DNA from: a virus | Direction: 5' to 3' (one strand) | IMG/VR virus record: IMGVR_UViG_3300034175_000060 | Span: 1-64,000 of that record | DNA length: 64,000 nucleotides | In this document: positions 55,303-64,000 of the stretch, in pieces | Layout of the letters: the number at the start of each line of letters is the position of its first letter | How positions within the stretch are numbered: the stretch's first letter is position 1 | Made by a program: the position numbers and the translations under genes | The notes under the pieces: generated by a model | What the model saw: the letters and a program-made list of their open reading frames with translations, nothing else | Told to the model about the DNA's origin: nothing | Database searches by the model: none

Positions 55303-55572
55303 TTATTCTCCAAAAACTTGAACATGAGTATCAATCCAATTGAAAATGTATTTCAAAGCATGAGCATCTGCGACAATAACGTCGTCACCTTGCACACTAC
55401 TTTCTGTTACATCTTCACCATCACGAAACACACAAATACTGGAACGGCTCAACGAATCATAAGCACCGCAACTATCGTCCATTGCAATACTGATTTCATA
55501 GCCCTTATAAGGGATTTTGCAGCAAGCTTGCTGTGTGCCGTTTGCAATCTTTGGGGACCAAATGTTATTCAT
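55303..55572 (-). CDS. hypothetical protein
   Basis: Small ORF. Confidence 0.55.
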   Translation of the reverse strand: MNNIWSPKIANGTQQACCKIPYKGYEISIAMDDSCGAYDSLSRSSICVFRDGEDVTESSVQGDDVIVADAHALKYIFNWIDTHVQVFGE

Positions 55573-55576
55573 GATA

Positions 55577-55777
55577 TTAACCGTTGGTAGAAATGTTTGT
55601 GACTGTAATGTACGATTTACGTTTATTTTCAAAATAATACTCAAAATCGCTGTCTTTTTGTTCCATTTTAGCACCCTTTGCAAGAGAAATTGCTACTGTG
55701 TAGGCTTCATTTTTGGAAGCGAAAGAGCTTTGATAAACGAGTAAAGTTCCGCGATCAACCATTTGAACTTTGTACAT
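55577..55777 (-). CDS. hypothetical protein
   Basis: GGAG RBS; promoter TTGACA..TAAAAT at 55835-55862. Confidence 0.55.
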   Translation of the reverse strand: MYKVQMVDRGTLLVYQSSFASKNEAYTVAISLAKGAKMEQKDSDFEYYFENKRKSYITVTNISTNG

Positions 55778-55873
55778 AATAATTTTCTCCGTTTCAATAT
55801 TCCGCCATGATGGCTTGTGGGACAACATAAAAGTATTTTACACTAGTTCTTAGGATTGTCAAAGCTTATTACA

Positions 55874-56107
55874 TCAAATCTTGTCTAAGGCTTTCGGGCG
55901 AATATTATCATTAGCATGTGCTGCCAAGATATCGCACAAAGCACTCTCCAATTCCTCTATGCGCTCGTCAGCCTTGATAACAATTTCTGCGGCGGCATGG
56001 CGAGCGTCTCTGTGCCCTTCCCTGTAGAAATAGTGGTCCATGTTGTCTAAGAAAGTGTCAGCTTTACGAACTTCTGATAAGTTCATGATGGTATCGTGCA
56101 AGTTCAT
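55874..56107 (-). CDS. hypothetical protein
   Basis: GHRDARHAAAE motif. Confidence 0.6.
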   Translation of the reverse strand: MNLHDTIMNLSEVRKADTFLDNMDHYFYREGHRDARHAAAEIVIKADERIEELESALCDILAAHANDNIRPKALDKI

Positions 56108-56394
56108 TCCGCTTCCCCTTGTGCTTTGGCAATAGCTTTAGACGCCTTGTAAAGTGCATCACATTGCAACAAGCAGTCATCATCCGCCAGAATCATTTTA
56201 AGCGCTTCTAGCATATCAGGCGCAGCAGAGAACAAACGTGCAGTAGCTTCCAATTCCTCCACAGGCGTATCACGATATCCTTGTACGTTAGCCCATACAC
56301 GATTGCGAAGCTGCGCTTCTCCTTTGCGCCAGCTATCGAACTCCAGTTGATAGACAGTGGTGCAGACTACTTCAAAAGATTGTTTCGTTTCCAT
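56104..56394 (-). CDS. hypothetical protein
   Basis: ARLFSAAPDMLEALK...AIAKA motif common in phage early proteins. Confidence 0.65.
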   Translation of the reverse strand: METKQSFEVVCTTVYQLEFDSWRKGEAQLRNRVWANVQGYRDTPVEELEATARLFSAAPDMLEALKMILADDDCLLQCDALYKASKAIAKAQGEAE

Positions 56395-56396
56395 TC

Positions 56397-56666
56397 TCAA
56401 TTCTCCAATTTCAAAATTAAAGGGGCATACAGCCAAAGGCGCATCATCAAATCATTATACATGCTAAACGGGCTAACAGCGCTACGAATCGCTGACAAGC
56501 ATTCTTGTACGTCTGTTCCTGTGAGGGCGATTTCCTTGTCAGTGTTTATGACACAGTCGATAGACTTAAACCAGCAGAGGACGATGAAGCAATCCTCTTC
56601 GGAGTAGTTGCCAGAGAGTGATACTTTGGCTTGGAATAGCCATTCGTTGTATTCTGTGGTGGTCAT
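56397..56666 (-). CDS. hypothetical protein
   Basis: GGAG RBS. Confidence 0.55.
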   Translation of the reverse strand: MTTTEYNEWLFQAKVSLSGNYSEEDCFIVLCWFKSIDCVINTDKEIALTGTDVQECLSAIRSAVSPFSMYNDLMMRLWLYAPLILKLEN

Positions 56667-56670
56667 AATA

Positions 56671-56868
56671 CTAGCTCCGGCAAGTGACGATGAATTTAAT
56701 CAAAGCTGCTTCCAATTCTGCTACACGGTCGTCTTTAGCAAGACCGGTTATTGCACAGTTCGTGCAAAGCATATCGAAAACATCATCAATCAAATCTTGC
56801 TCAGAGCAATTAATATGCCCTGCTTCGCGTTGATCCAGCCAGAATTTAGTTTCATTGTTGATAGACAT
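56671..56868 (-). CDS. hypothetical protein
   Basis: AGGAG RBS. Confidence 0.6.
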   Translation of the reverse strand: MSINNETKFWLDQREAGHINCSEQDLIDDVFDMLCTNCAITGLAKDDRVAELEAALIKFIVTCRS

Positions 56869-57008
56869 TTTATTCTCCTGTCGACTCGTTGAACTTCCAA
56901 TAAACATATTATTGCACACTCTTAAGCGCAGCGCAAGAGAAGTTCTAAGAATACTGACAACTAGAATGTGCAAGATTTATTTACTGTTGCGTAGAAACTA
57001 CTGTTGTT

Positions 57009-57383
57009 TTATTTCATCAACTCAGCATAATCAACATCTTTGAAATTGCTTTGCTCGACCAATTCAAACCACTGTGCCAGTTCTGCACGATAGCGCGTTG
57101 CATAAGCTTGACCAAGCAAAGCTTCGTGACGAATATCGATCATACTTTCAATCGTGTAAGTGGAGGATTTGCCATCAAACAGATGTTTCACAGTGAAATA
57201 CTTAGCAGCTTGACTAACGCTGAAGCCATCAACACTAGGGCGACCACTGCGATGTTTCTTTTCGGCTTCCTTTTCCAGACGCTCCAAGTTATCACGAATC
57301 AGGCCAAAGCCTTGATAGATGTCTGGAATAGCTGCAAACAGAGTGTTGATGATTTTACTAGCTTGGGTTTTGGTCATGTTCAT
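57009..57383 (-). CDS. hypothetical protein
   Basis: 124-aa ORF with an upstream promoter-like sequence. Confidence 0.6.
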   Translation of the reverse strand: MNMTKTQASKIINTLFAAIPDIYQGFGLIRDNLERLEKEAEKKHRSGRPSVDGFSVSQAAKYFTVKHLFDGKSSTYTIESMIDIRHEALLGQAYATRYRAELAQWFELVEQSNFKDVDYAELMK

Positions 57384-57457
57384 TTTGTGCTTTCTGTATC
57401 TGGTTGTGTTCAAGTGAGTCTATTATTGCAGCTATTCCAAGAATTGTCCAGATTTAT

Positions 57458-57766
57458 TTACACTGGTACACGTTTATGCACAATACGATGACTCCCAATC
57501 GTTCCAGCATTCTCGCGGTATTCCTTCAGGCGCTGATTAGCTTCCTTGCGCGTTTCTTCGGTGCATTCAACGTCCCAACCATGTCCGTAATTACCTTGAA
57601 TTTCAAATTCATCTTTCAAGACACGACGCACTTTGGTTACAACAATATTCGCATCGTATCCGTCATGGCTTACCAAAGCTTGCTTAACATCTTCCACGGT
57701 GAAGCCTTCATTGTAGAACACACGGTCAATGATTTTACGGCCCAGTTTGATATTGAATGCTTGCAT
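57458..57766 (-). CDS. hypothetical protein
   Basis: GGAG RBS; IDRVFY...VKQALVSHDGYD. Confidence 0.65.
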   Translation of the reverse strand: MQAFNIKLGRKIIDRVFYNEGFTVEDVKQALVSHDGYDANIVVTKVRRVLKDEFEIQGNYGHGWDVECTEETRKEANQRLKEYRENAGTIGSHRIVHKRVPV

Positions 57767-57845
57767 TTTATTTCTCCAAGAGGTTGTTTGCTTCAGTGAT
57801 TCTGTTATCTGCGATTTTCTGACTCAGTGCAAGAACTATTTACAT

Positions 57846-58085
57846 TTATTTTGGATCAATTTGCAACAGCATTTCAATGTCAGCTTGCGGAGTCTTAGCT
57901 AGCGCTAGTTGCCGCACAAGTTCCGCACGCTCGTCGCAATGGTAGAACTTGCGAATATGGTTCATCAGATTACCAGTGTCCGAGCGTACCTGAGCAATCA
58001 CACATCCCTGCCGAATAATTTTCACACTAGATTGATAGTGTCGGCTGGCGTTTGATTGGCGAATTGTATATTGTCCGATAATCAT
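57846..58085 (-). CDS. hypothetical protein
   Basis: Coupled ORF. Confidence 0.55.
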   Translation of the reverse strand: MIIGQYTIRQSNASRHYQSSVKIIRQGCVIAQVRSDTGNLMNHIRKFYHCDERAELVRQLALAKTPQADIEMLLQIDPK

Positions 58086-58306
58086 GCTTGCACCAATTCC
58101 ATAGAGTATTTACCTGAAGGAAAATCATATTTCTTTGCTTCTTCGTGTACAGCCAATTGCGACACACTGGTAAACACTACATCTTTTTCCTTCATTGGCT
58201 CAGAGTCGTCATAAATTCCCAAAAACCAGCAGCCAGTGTGATACATTTTCATGTGTTTTGCCAGTGGCGATGATGCATAAGCATAACCAACATTTTTAGT
58301 TTTCAT
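58082..58306 (-). CDS. hypothetical protein
   Basis: Coupled ORF. Confidence 0.55.
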   Translation of the reverse strand: MKTKNVGYAYASSPLAKHMKMYHTGCWFLGIYDDSEPMKEKDVVFTSVSQLAVHEEAKKYDFPSGKYSMELVQA

Positions 58307-58521
58307 AATCCAAGCTCCTTAAATAATTCTTCATCGGAAATACTCTCTATTGTGCTATCAGCAATTCCTAAGAATTTCCGTTCTGCTGCAATTTCTTTTT
58401 CAAGCTGATTTACCCACACTGTACGGAGCTCTTTCTCTTGAGAGGACTTTGCATTAGTTAGCCGTGTGCGCTCGTTAGAGAGGTTTAGATTTAATGCGTC
58501 TAGGTGGCTGTAGTTGTTCAT
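58303..58521 (-). CDS. hypothetical protein
   Basis: Helical small ORF. Confidence 0.6.
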   Translation of the reverse strand: MNNYSHLDALNLNLSNERTRLTNAKSSQEKELRTVWVNQLEKEIAAERKFLGIADSTIESISDEELFKELGL

Positions 58522-58560
58522 GATTATCTAGCTACGTTTCTAGCAATGATTTAGCTTTGA

Positions 58561-58839
58561 TTATTCGTTTTGCCCCGGCTTGTAATCCTTGCTGTTCATC
58601 TTTGCGAAGTTTTCAAGATATTGAATTGCCATACTCAGGCCAGCAATATCGCTTCCTATCTCTTTATCAACCGCTGTAACGGCTCTGCCGATGACATTGC
58701 TATAGTCTAGTGTAGTGGTCGCCATATGCTTACGAACGCCTAAGAATACGTTCTCTTGCAACAGGTAGCTGTTAGCGCGCTTCAGGTGGTACAGTACAGT
58801 TTCGATGCTGCGTTCTTGTGCTGCTGTAAGCTTTGCCAT
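58561..58839 (-). CDS. hypothetical protein
   Basis: AGGA RBS; promoter TTGACA-17-TAAGAT at 58873-58901. Confidence 0.65.
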   Translation of the reverse strand: MAKLTAAQERSIETVLYHLKRANSYLLQENVFLGVRKHMATTTLDYSNVIGRAVTAVDKEIGSDIAGLSMAIQYLENFAKMNSKDYKPGQNE

Positions 58840-58901
58840 GATATTTCCTGTTAGTTGCGTTTCAATAGAGCTATCTTAAATCTTCTAACTGGCCTTGTCA
58901 A

Positions 58902-59117
58902 TCAATTTTTCTCCCAAAACCAAAATTGTTCTACAAAGGATTCTACAAACTTAGCCGTAACAGGCCCGCTAGCAAGCAACTTTCCATGACCTTCAAAGCG
59001 GAGGCGCTTACCTTTGATGACAACTTGCACATACATCACTTTGTCATTGCGAGCGATAAAATTCACGTCTGTAAGAGTCGCGCCGTATTGTTGCAGAGCT
59101 TGTTTGATAAGTTCCAT
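58902..59117 (-). CDS. hypothetical protein
   Basis: Promoter TTGACG-17-TATAGT upstream. Confidence 0.6.
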   Translation of the reverse strand: MELIKQALQQYGATLTDVNFIARNDKVMYVQVVIKGKRLRFEGHGKLLASGPVTAKFVESFVEQFWFWEKN

Positions 59118-59378
59118 GATTTTCTTCCCTGTAGTTCGTTTCGACAGACAAACTATAGCAAGCCATAATCCAACCGTCAAGAACTTTTCAGTCTAATTTC
59201 AGATTGGCTAAGAACATGTCAGATACGAGATAGCAATCGGTGCGGACACTATATAAAGTAGTTCTCAAGCCGTCATCCTCCGAGTGGCACAAGGCGAACA
59301 GCTAGCGAAAAAGGCTAGAGTTGTTGTATTTTGTAGAAAGTGCTTTACAGATTGCCGAAAGTCTGCAATAATATATTC

Positions 59379-59655
59379 ACTTGCATCGGAGATGGTAAGC
59401 TAATCCAATCCTGCCCGAATGCTTTTTCGATGTCAAACTGACAATTGTTGTCTAGAAACTTGTATTCTGGTAACATTCTGGGTAATTCTGCATGCCCTCA
59501 AACCATAGATAATATGGTCAAAATACAAAACGACCCTCCAAGATTCGGTGAGATATAGGCAAATCGGCCAAGGCTTTTCAGTTTCGAAAAGACGTTTCAC
59601 TCTGAGACAACATTCTTCTAGATGTGAAAAAGCCACCCGAAAGTGGCTTGTTGTT
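59379..59655 (+). ncRNA. candidate structured non-coding RNA
   Basis: No credible ORF; + strand promoter TTTACA-17-AATAAT (59344-59372); nested helices; ends at a terminator. Confidence 0.4.
59627..59655. terminator. bidirectional terminator
   Basis: AAAAAGCCAC-CCGAAA-GTGGCTTGTTGTT. Confidence 0.7.
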
Positions 59656-59870
59656 ATTCTTCATATTCAAAAAGAATATACCAATGATCCTCATCATTCC
59701 TACGACCACCTCCATACATGACATGCTTTGTTAATTCATCAATATGATAATTGTCGTTGTATTTAGACAGAGTGTTTTTGAGTTGGTACCACGTAGGCTT
59801 TTTAGCCAAGCTGCTAAAAAGTATTCACCGTATTGGTCGTATTGATTATGCTCGTCAGTTAGAATCCACA

Positions 59871-60071
59871 TTATTTACCTTTCTCCGGCATTTTATCTAC
59901 AATAATCTCACAAATATCACAATAAGCACGCCCATTCTTGGCTCCATGCTTCACAATAGCGATCTTCGAAGCTTCTTGTGCAAGGTCGTACGTGGTATAT
60001 ACGCCTACAAAGTATTGACACCAATCGTCATATTCTGCACCATTACAGTACTCTACTAGGAATAGTTTCAT
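59871..60071 (-). CDS. hypothetical protein
   Basis: GAGG RBS; VGVYTT..LA pattern. Confidence 0.6.
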   Translation of the reverse strand: MKLFLVEYCNGAEYDDWCQYFVGVYTTYDLAQEASKIAIVKHGAKNGRAYCDICEIIVDKMPEKGK

Positions 60072-60429
60072 GGCAATTCCTCAACAAAATTATCATACTC
60101 TGCGTACAACTTATTAATCTGTTCCTGATAGTCTTGCAATTCTTCCTCCAAGCTATCCATTTCATCAGCAATATGTTTGATTTGCTGTTGTAGTTCTTCT
60201 TTACGTGTAATATTCATTTCATCTCCGGTATGCAGTATTCTTCAGGATAGCACAAAAAGTGGGTAACAGCAACGTATTCATCAGGCATACTAATACTGTT
60301 TGCACCATTTGAGACAGCAATTTCCATTACTTCATGTAGAATACTACTTATTTCACACATTGGGATTGGTTTCTTGTAAGTCATTTAAATCGGCCTATTG
60401 GGCAACAATCCATTTATGCCAGCAGAACA

Positions 60430-60966
60430 TTATGGCTTCTCCGTTGGCTGTGGTTCGGCAGAATTCGCTGCAAGAAGAAGTCGAATAGCATCCGTGGCAA
60501 GTATGTAACCTCCGTTCTCGATACCATCTCGGTAGAAGTGCGGAAGCGCATTAACTGATGCGTATATGTTATCTAGGTCAGCGTCTGACGCACAGGCGTC
60601 TTGAACCAACCTCAAGAGTTCTTTTGCATCACTGAACTCCTCTTGGAAATGGAAGAACAATGCAATCAAATCGTCCATTCCTTTTCTATCCCAGAACTCG
60701 ATGAATTCTTCAGTGGAATAACACTTCAGAGAGGTGCGCCCGCTGCCATCTGCCATAAGGATTCTTCCCGGTACGCCGGCGGCGCGCTGGGCGAGGGCGC
60801 GGGTAATTATCAGCGTCAGGTCGGACGTAGTGACCGCAAGCATTTCCTTTTCGTCAAAGTCGTCGTTATATTCCAGTTCGCAAACGTCGCGTAAGATGGT
60901 CGAAATTACCGCCCGCTCATCCTGCGGCAACTCCCCGCCCTGCTGTACTTCGGTATTGGTGGTCAT
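60430..60966 (-). CDS. mosaic hypothetical protein
   Basis: 178 aa with a GC-rich 5' part. Confidence 0.65.
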   Translation of the reverse strand: MTTNTEVQQGGELPQDERAVISTILRDVCELEYNDDFDEKEMLAVTTSDLTLIITRALAQRAAGVPGRILMADGSGRTSLKCYSTEEFIEFWDRKGMDDLIALFFHFQEEFSDAKELLRLVQDACASDADLDNIYASVNALPHFYRDGIENGGYILATDAIRLLLAANSAEPQPTEKP

Positions 60967-61775
60967 GCTATGGTCCTTGTCATCCAGTTGGCGCAGATTG
61001 CGCGCACGTCAGGTTCTTGGGGGTCGTCGCCCAGGCAGCGGCAATGCTCTTGCAACGTGCAACGGCCTTTCACCTCTGGCTGCGCTGGTGCTGCGGCTGG
61101 CTGATGGCTGGCGGCGAGGATGGAAATTACCTCCTCTAGATGCACCCAAGCGCCCTGCGGATCGTCGCGCATGCCAAAGGAATCGGAGTCGCGAAGATCA
61201 CAGACATAACGTTTGATCCCGCTCAGCGCCACTTGCGCATGCTGCTGTGTGGCGGCTGCAAGAGCTCCGTCGCGCTCAGCCTTCATCTGGTAAAACATGG
61301 TCTCGGTTCCGGCCTTCTGCGCCTTCAGTTCTTCGATATGGTTTTGCTGGTGCGCGGCCACTTCCTCACGCGCTGCCGCCACGGCTCGCGCTGTGTGGGC
61401 GTCGACATACTGAATAACCTGCGTCGAGCAGAACACTGTCTCGCCATAGTTGCGAAGCACGTCGCGAAACTCGTCGCTATCCACCGATGCCGCTGGTGTG
61501 GCGGATACGTAAGTGCCATTCATGACTAGCTCTATTTCTTGCTCTGTGAATCCGCGCCCATTTGGAGAAACAAAGAACCCGTGCTCGTTTCTGATGGAGT
61601 CACCGGCTACCCAAAGTAATGGACCATGAATTTCCAGCAATGCTTTATGCATTTGACGCTGACTCTCAATTGTAAATTGCACACCACATTCAGTCCCCAT
61701 CATGTGCAACCCTCGCAAAGCATCACGTGCAATATCCTTAGCATCCGCTTGCGTAGCCTTATCAAAATCATTCAT
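60963..61775 (-). CDS. mosaic hypothetical protein (Ead/Ea-like modular type)
   Basis: GGAG RBS; GC-rich 3' two thirds with Ala/Pro/Gln linkers. Confidence 0.65.
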   Translation of the reverse strand: MNDFDKATQADAKDIARDALRGLHMMGTECGVQFTIESQRQMHKALLEIHGPLLWVAGDSIRNEHGFFVSPNGRGFTEQEIELVMNGTYVSATPAASVDSDEFRDVLRNYGETVFCSTQVIQYVDAHTARAVAAAREEVAAHQQNHIEELKAQKAGTETMFYQMKAERDGALAAATQQHAQVALSGIKRYVCDLRDSDSFGMRDDPQGAWVHLEEVISILAASHQPAAAPAQPEVKGRCTLQEHCRCLGDDPQEPDVRAICANWMTRTIA

Positions 61776-61839
61776 AATTCTCTCCAATTAATTTGTATGC
61801 ATCAAGAATAACCTACAATGTTAAGAATGTCAAGAATTA

Positions 61840-62049
61840 TCAAGGCTTCCTATCATCTCTCACAACACGCGTTGCAGGAGGTTCTGGAGGTGGTGGAGGA
61901 ATCTTATCAGATTTACTAGCCGACTCTCCAGCCGTCAAAAGAAGCTTCAAGGTGGTAAGCTCGGAAAGCTGAATAGGAATGCTACTACCAGATTGGATAC
62001 CAAGAATCATTGAGTCTAGCATCATTAGTGCGATTTGTTTGTTGTTCAT
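61840..62049 (-). CDS. hypothetical protein
   Basis: Pro-rich C terminus. Confidence 0.55.
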   Translation of the reverse strand: MNNKQIALMMLDSMILGIQSGSSIPIQLSELTTLKLLLTAGESASKSDKIPPPPPEPPATRVVRDDRKP

Positions 62050-62375
62050 TTGTCAGCCTTCAATTTCTCAGTTGCTGCAAGAACGATGGCAAGATTCACC
62101 AACTCACGATTAGACAGATATCCTTTGTCAGCATAATAAACGCACACAGGAGTGATTCCGTCACGAGCCATTGCTGTAACGTATTTCTCGTAGAAGTGTA
62201 CGCTAATTTGCATGTCTTTCATAATATTGAAAGTATAGTCGTCATTGTGTACAATACAAGGTAAATCACCAAATCTGTTGCGAATCCACGCGCAGCAGCC
62301 ATCGTCAAACACTTCAGCAGAAACGTCGTTAGCGTGCCAGTAATCTAGTTCAATTTGGGTAATGTCGTAATTCAT
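62046..62375 (-). CDS. hypothetical protein
   Basis: AAGGAG RBS. Confidence 0.6.
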   Translation of the reverse strand: MNYDITQIELDYWHANDVSAEVFDDGCCAWIRNRFGDLPCIVHNDDYTFNIMKDMQISVHFYEKYVTAMARDGITPVCVYYADKGYLSNRELVNLAIVLAATEKLKADK

Positions 62376-62560
62376 ACAATCTCCTTCAATGTGAAGCGCT
62401 CAAATTGCCAGCATTGCCACTTAGGCATACCTTCCAACACTAGACAACCATCTCCTGCAAGAGTTTCCACAACATACTCATTACCAAGTGTGAGGCCGTC
62501 TACAGGGCCTGATAGCTCTTTTGTGTAGATTACTTTGTCGCCGGGGTGGAATGTGTTCAT
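62372..62560 (-). CDS. small SH3-like protein
   Basis: FHPGDKV...LTLGNEYVV...RF. Confidence 0.55.
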   Translation of the reverse strand: MNTFHPGDKVIYTKELSGPVDGLTLGNEYVVETLAGDGCLVLEGMPKWQCWQFERFTLKEIV

Positions 62561-62856
62561 TGGAAACCGTCCGCGATCTGAGAGGCTGTGTCATATGCGG
62601 CTTGCAAACCTGAGATATAATCCCATTCCTCGCCTTCAAGCTCAGCAGCATGTAGGAGTTCTCTCAAAGCATTTACAATTTTATATTCGATTTTCATATA
62701 TTCTTTCAGTATGGAACAAGTTCATAAGGGAAATTATTCTAAAAACGCTCACCGAGGATTTTTAAGGCAGCAATCAATTTCTCTGCATTCGCTTTCGTGA
62801 GGGACTCTGGCACATGAATGCTAAAGAATAGGGAGAGGGCTTTATCGTGGCTCATG

Positions 62857-63060
62857 TTATTCCTTAAAATAAAAGTGGCGACTCTGGAATGAATCATTGT
62901 TCATCTTTCCGGGAATTACAATGCTGCCGAAGTCATCTGTAAAACCTTCAATCGTGTAATGCTTACGGCTGTGAGGCGTTTGATAGGCATGTGGCAGGGA
63001 TTCTACTAGGGACTTTAGCGAGTTGTAACCAAGGTGCTCTGGGAAGGTGTAAGGACTCAT
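62857..63060 (-). CDS. hypothetical protein
   Basis: AAGGA RBS. Confidence 0.5.
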   Translation of the reverse strand: MSPYTFPEHLGYNSLKSLVESLPHAYQTPHSRKHYTIEGFTDDFGSIVIPGKMNNDSFQSRHFYFKE

Positions 63061-63228
63061 TTTAAAATCCTTCTGCAATAGATTGAGCTTTAGAGAGCGC
63101 GGCTTGAATCCCTTTGGCATACCAGATATCTTGTGCCTCTGCGTAAGCACTCGCATTTTCTTTAGCTGCTTCATGCATTTCTTCCAGTGCTTCTACAATT
63201 CGTTCTGCGGTGGTCATTTAGCTCTCCT

Positions 63229-63570
63229 TTATTTATAAACAGTTTTCGATGGAACTACTTCAGCAGTGATGTATTCATATTTCAACAGCAAATCTACCCA
63301 GCGACTGTCAGGTTGGCTCCATCCTTCGAAGCGCTCTTTGCTGTTTTGCCACCATTCATAATTCAAAGCTACGATATCTTTAATATCTTCAATATCCGTT
63401 TTCTGTTGATATCTAGCCACAGCACACCAGTTACTTTCGCCAAAGCATGTGATTTCCACACTACCACTTTTGTAGAAGCCATCAACGATGAAAGAATCTT
63501 TAGTGAGCGCTACATTTACGCCAGCTTCCAAAAGTTCTTGGATGAAACTTGGGATGATTCGGTTAGTCAT
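63229..63570 (-). CDS. hypothetical protein
   Basis: DGFYKSG..ARY..LNYEWW conserved-looking phage protein. Confidence 0.65.
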   Translation of the reverse strand: MTNRIIPSFIQELLEAGVNVALTKDSFIVDGFYKSGSVEITCFGESNWCAVARYQQKTDIEDIKDIVALNYEWWQNSKERFEGWSQPDSRWVDLLLKYEYITAEVVPSKTVYK

Positions 63571-63754
63571 TTGGTTCTTCCACTTGTACACTGAATTCAA
63601 TATAATTTGCAGCCCATTCTTCTGCAATTTCGTCAAGCAGCTTTTCACGCTCTTTCGCGTTGAGGTTCTCCCACAGGTCGTCATCAATTTCTTCTATATC
63701 CGTCCGTACAGCAGTTGGATATCCAATAGATAGGTGCAATTTAATAGTTGGCAT
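63563..63754 (-). CDS. small acidic protein
   Basis: AAGGA RBS; SIGY...EWAANYIE. Confidence 0.6.
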   Translation of the reverse strand: MPTIKLHLSIGYPTAVRTDIEEIDDDLWENLNAKEREKLLDEIAEEWAANYIEFSVQVEEPND

Positions 63755-64000
63755 TTCGTTTCCTTGTTGTGAGGTAGTGAATCTATTTTAGGACAACTCT
63801 CACAACAGTGCAAGAGTTTTGTGAAGAATTTAGGTCATCGTATGAACATACTCGACAAAGGCTGCACAGGTTCGGTGGTTAGGCATTAACACGAAGCATC
63901 CCGCAGTGGTGTCATACACCTCCACCAAGACACTTTTGATTCTGTGAAGCGTAGGCACGTCCAAGGCTGTCTGAAGCTGATGCAGAGCTTCTATGGCTGT

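Noticed and set aside
59283-59330. c-di-GMP-I riboswitch-like sequence (GCACAAGGCGAAC...GAAA)
   Set aside because: The conserved GGACGCAAAG junction and the second stem are absent.
1-64000. CRISPR array, retron, DGR or other reverse-transcriptase system
   Set aside because: No regularly spaced repeats and no RT (YxDD) ORF seen; the polymerase-like ORF has PolA-type motifs instead.
1-64000. Alternative genetic code or stop-codon recoding
   Set aside because: Core genes are full length under the standard code and no suppressor tRNA is seen; tRNA-Ser has anticodon UGA, which reads UCA.

Overview
A 64-kb segment of a large, apparently lytic tailed phage (siphovirus-type; GC roughly 40-45% by eye). 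A betaproteobacterial host is only a guess from the endolysin and tail-tip types. Layout: (1) 1-13.95 kb, + strand: replication and nucleotide-metabolism genes (dNTP hydrolases, tRNA-Arg, SSB, 5'-3' exonuclease, metallophosphoesterase, MazG-like protein, nrdAB). (2) 14.0-38.2 kb, - strand: virion and lysis operon (terminase, portal, S49 protease, scaffold, lambda D/E-like head, neck, tail tube, frameshifted chaperones, tape measure, a single tail-tip gene, endolysin, holin, spanins), preceded by a cluster of atypical tRNAs and structured RNAs. (3) 38.4-44.5 kb, + strand: PhoH, ClpP-like protease and a serine resolvase. (4) A ~0.9-kb non-coding block with tandem DnaA boxes and many palindromes. 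(5) 45.4-64 kb, - strand: about 50 small early ORFs, including a compact PolA/T7-RNAP-like (TV-Pol-type) polymerase, plus a candidate + strand structured ncRNA. About ten free-standing homing endonucleases are scattered through the window. All calls come from reading motifs by eye; no database searches or folding programs were run.
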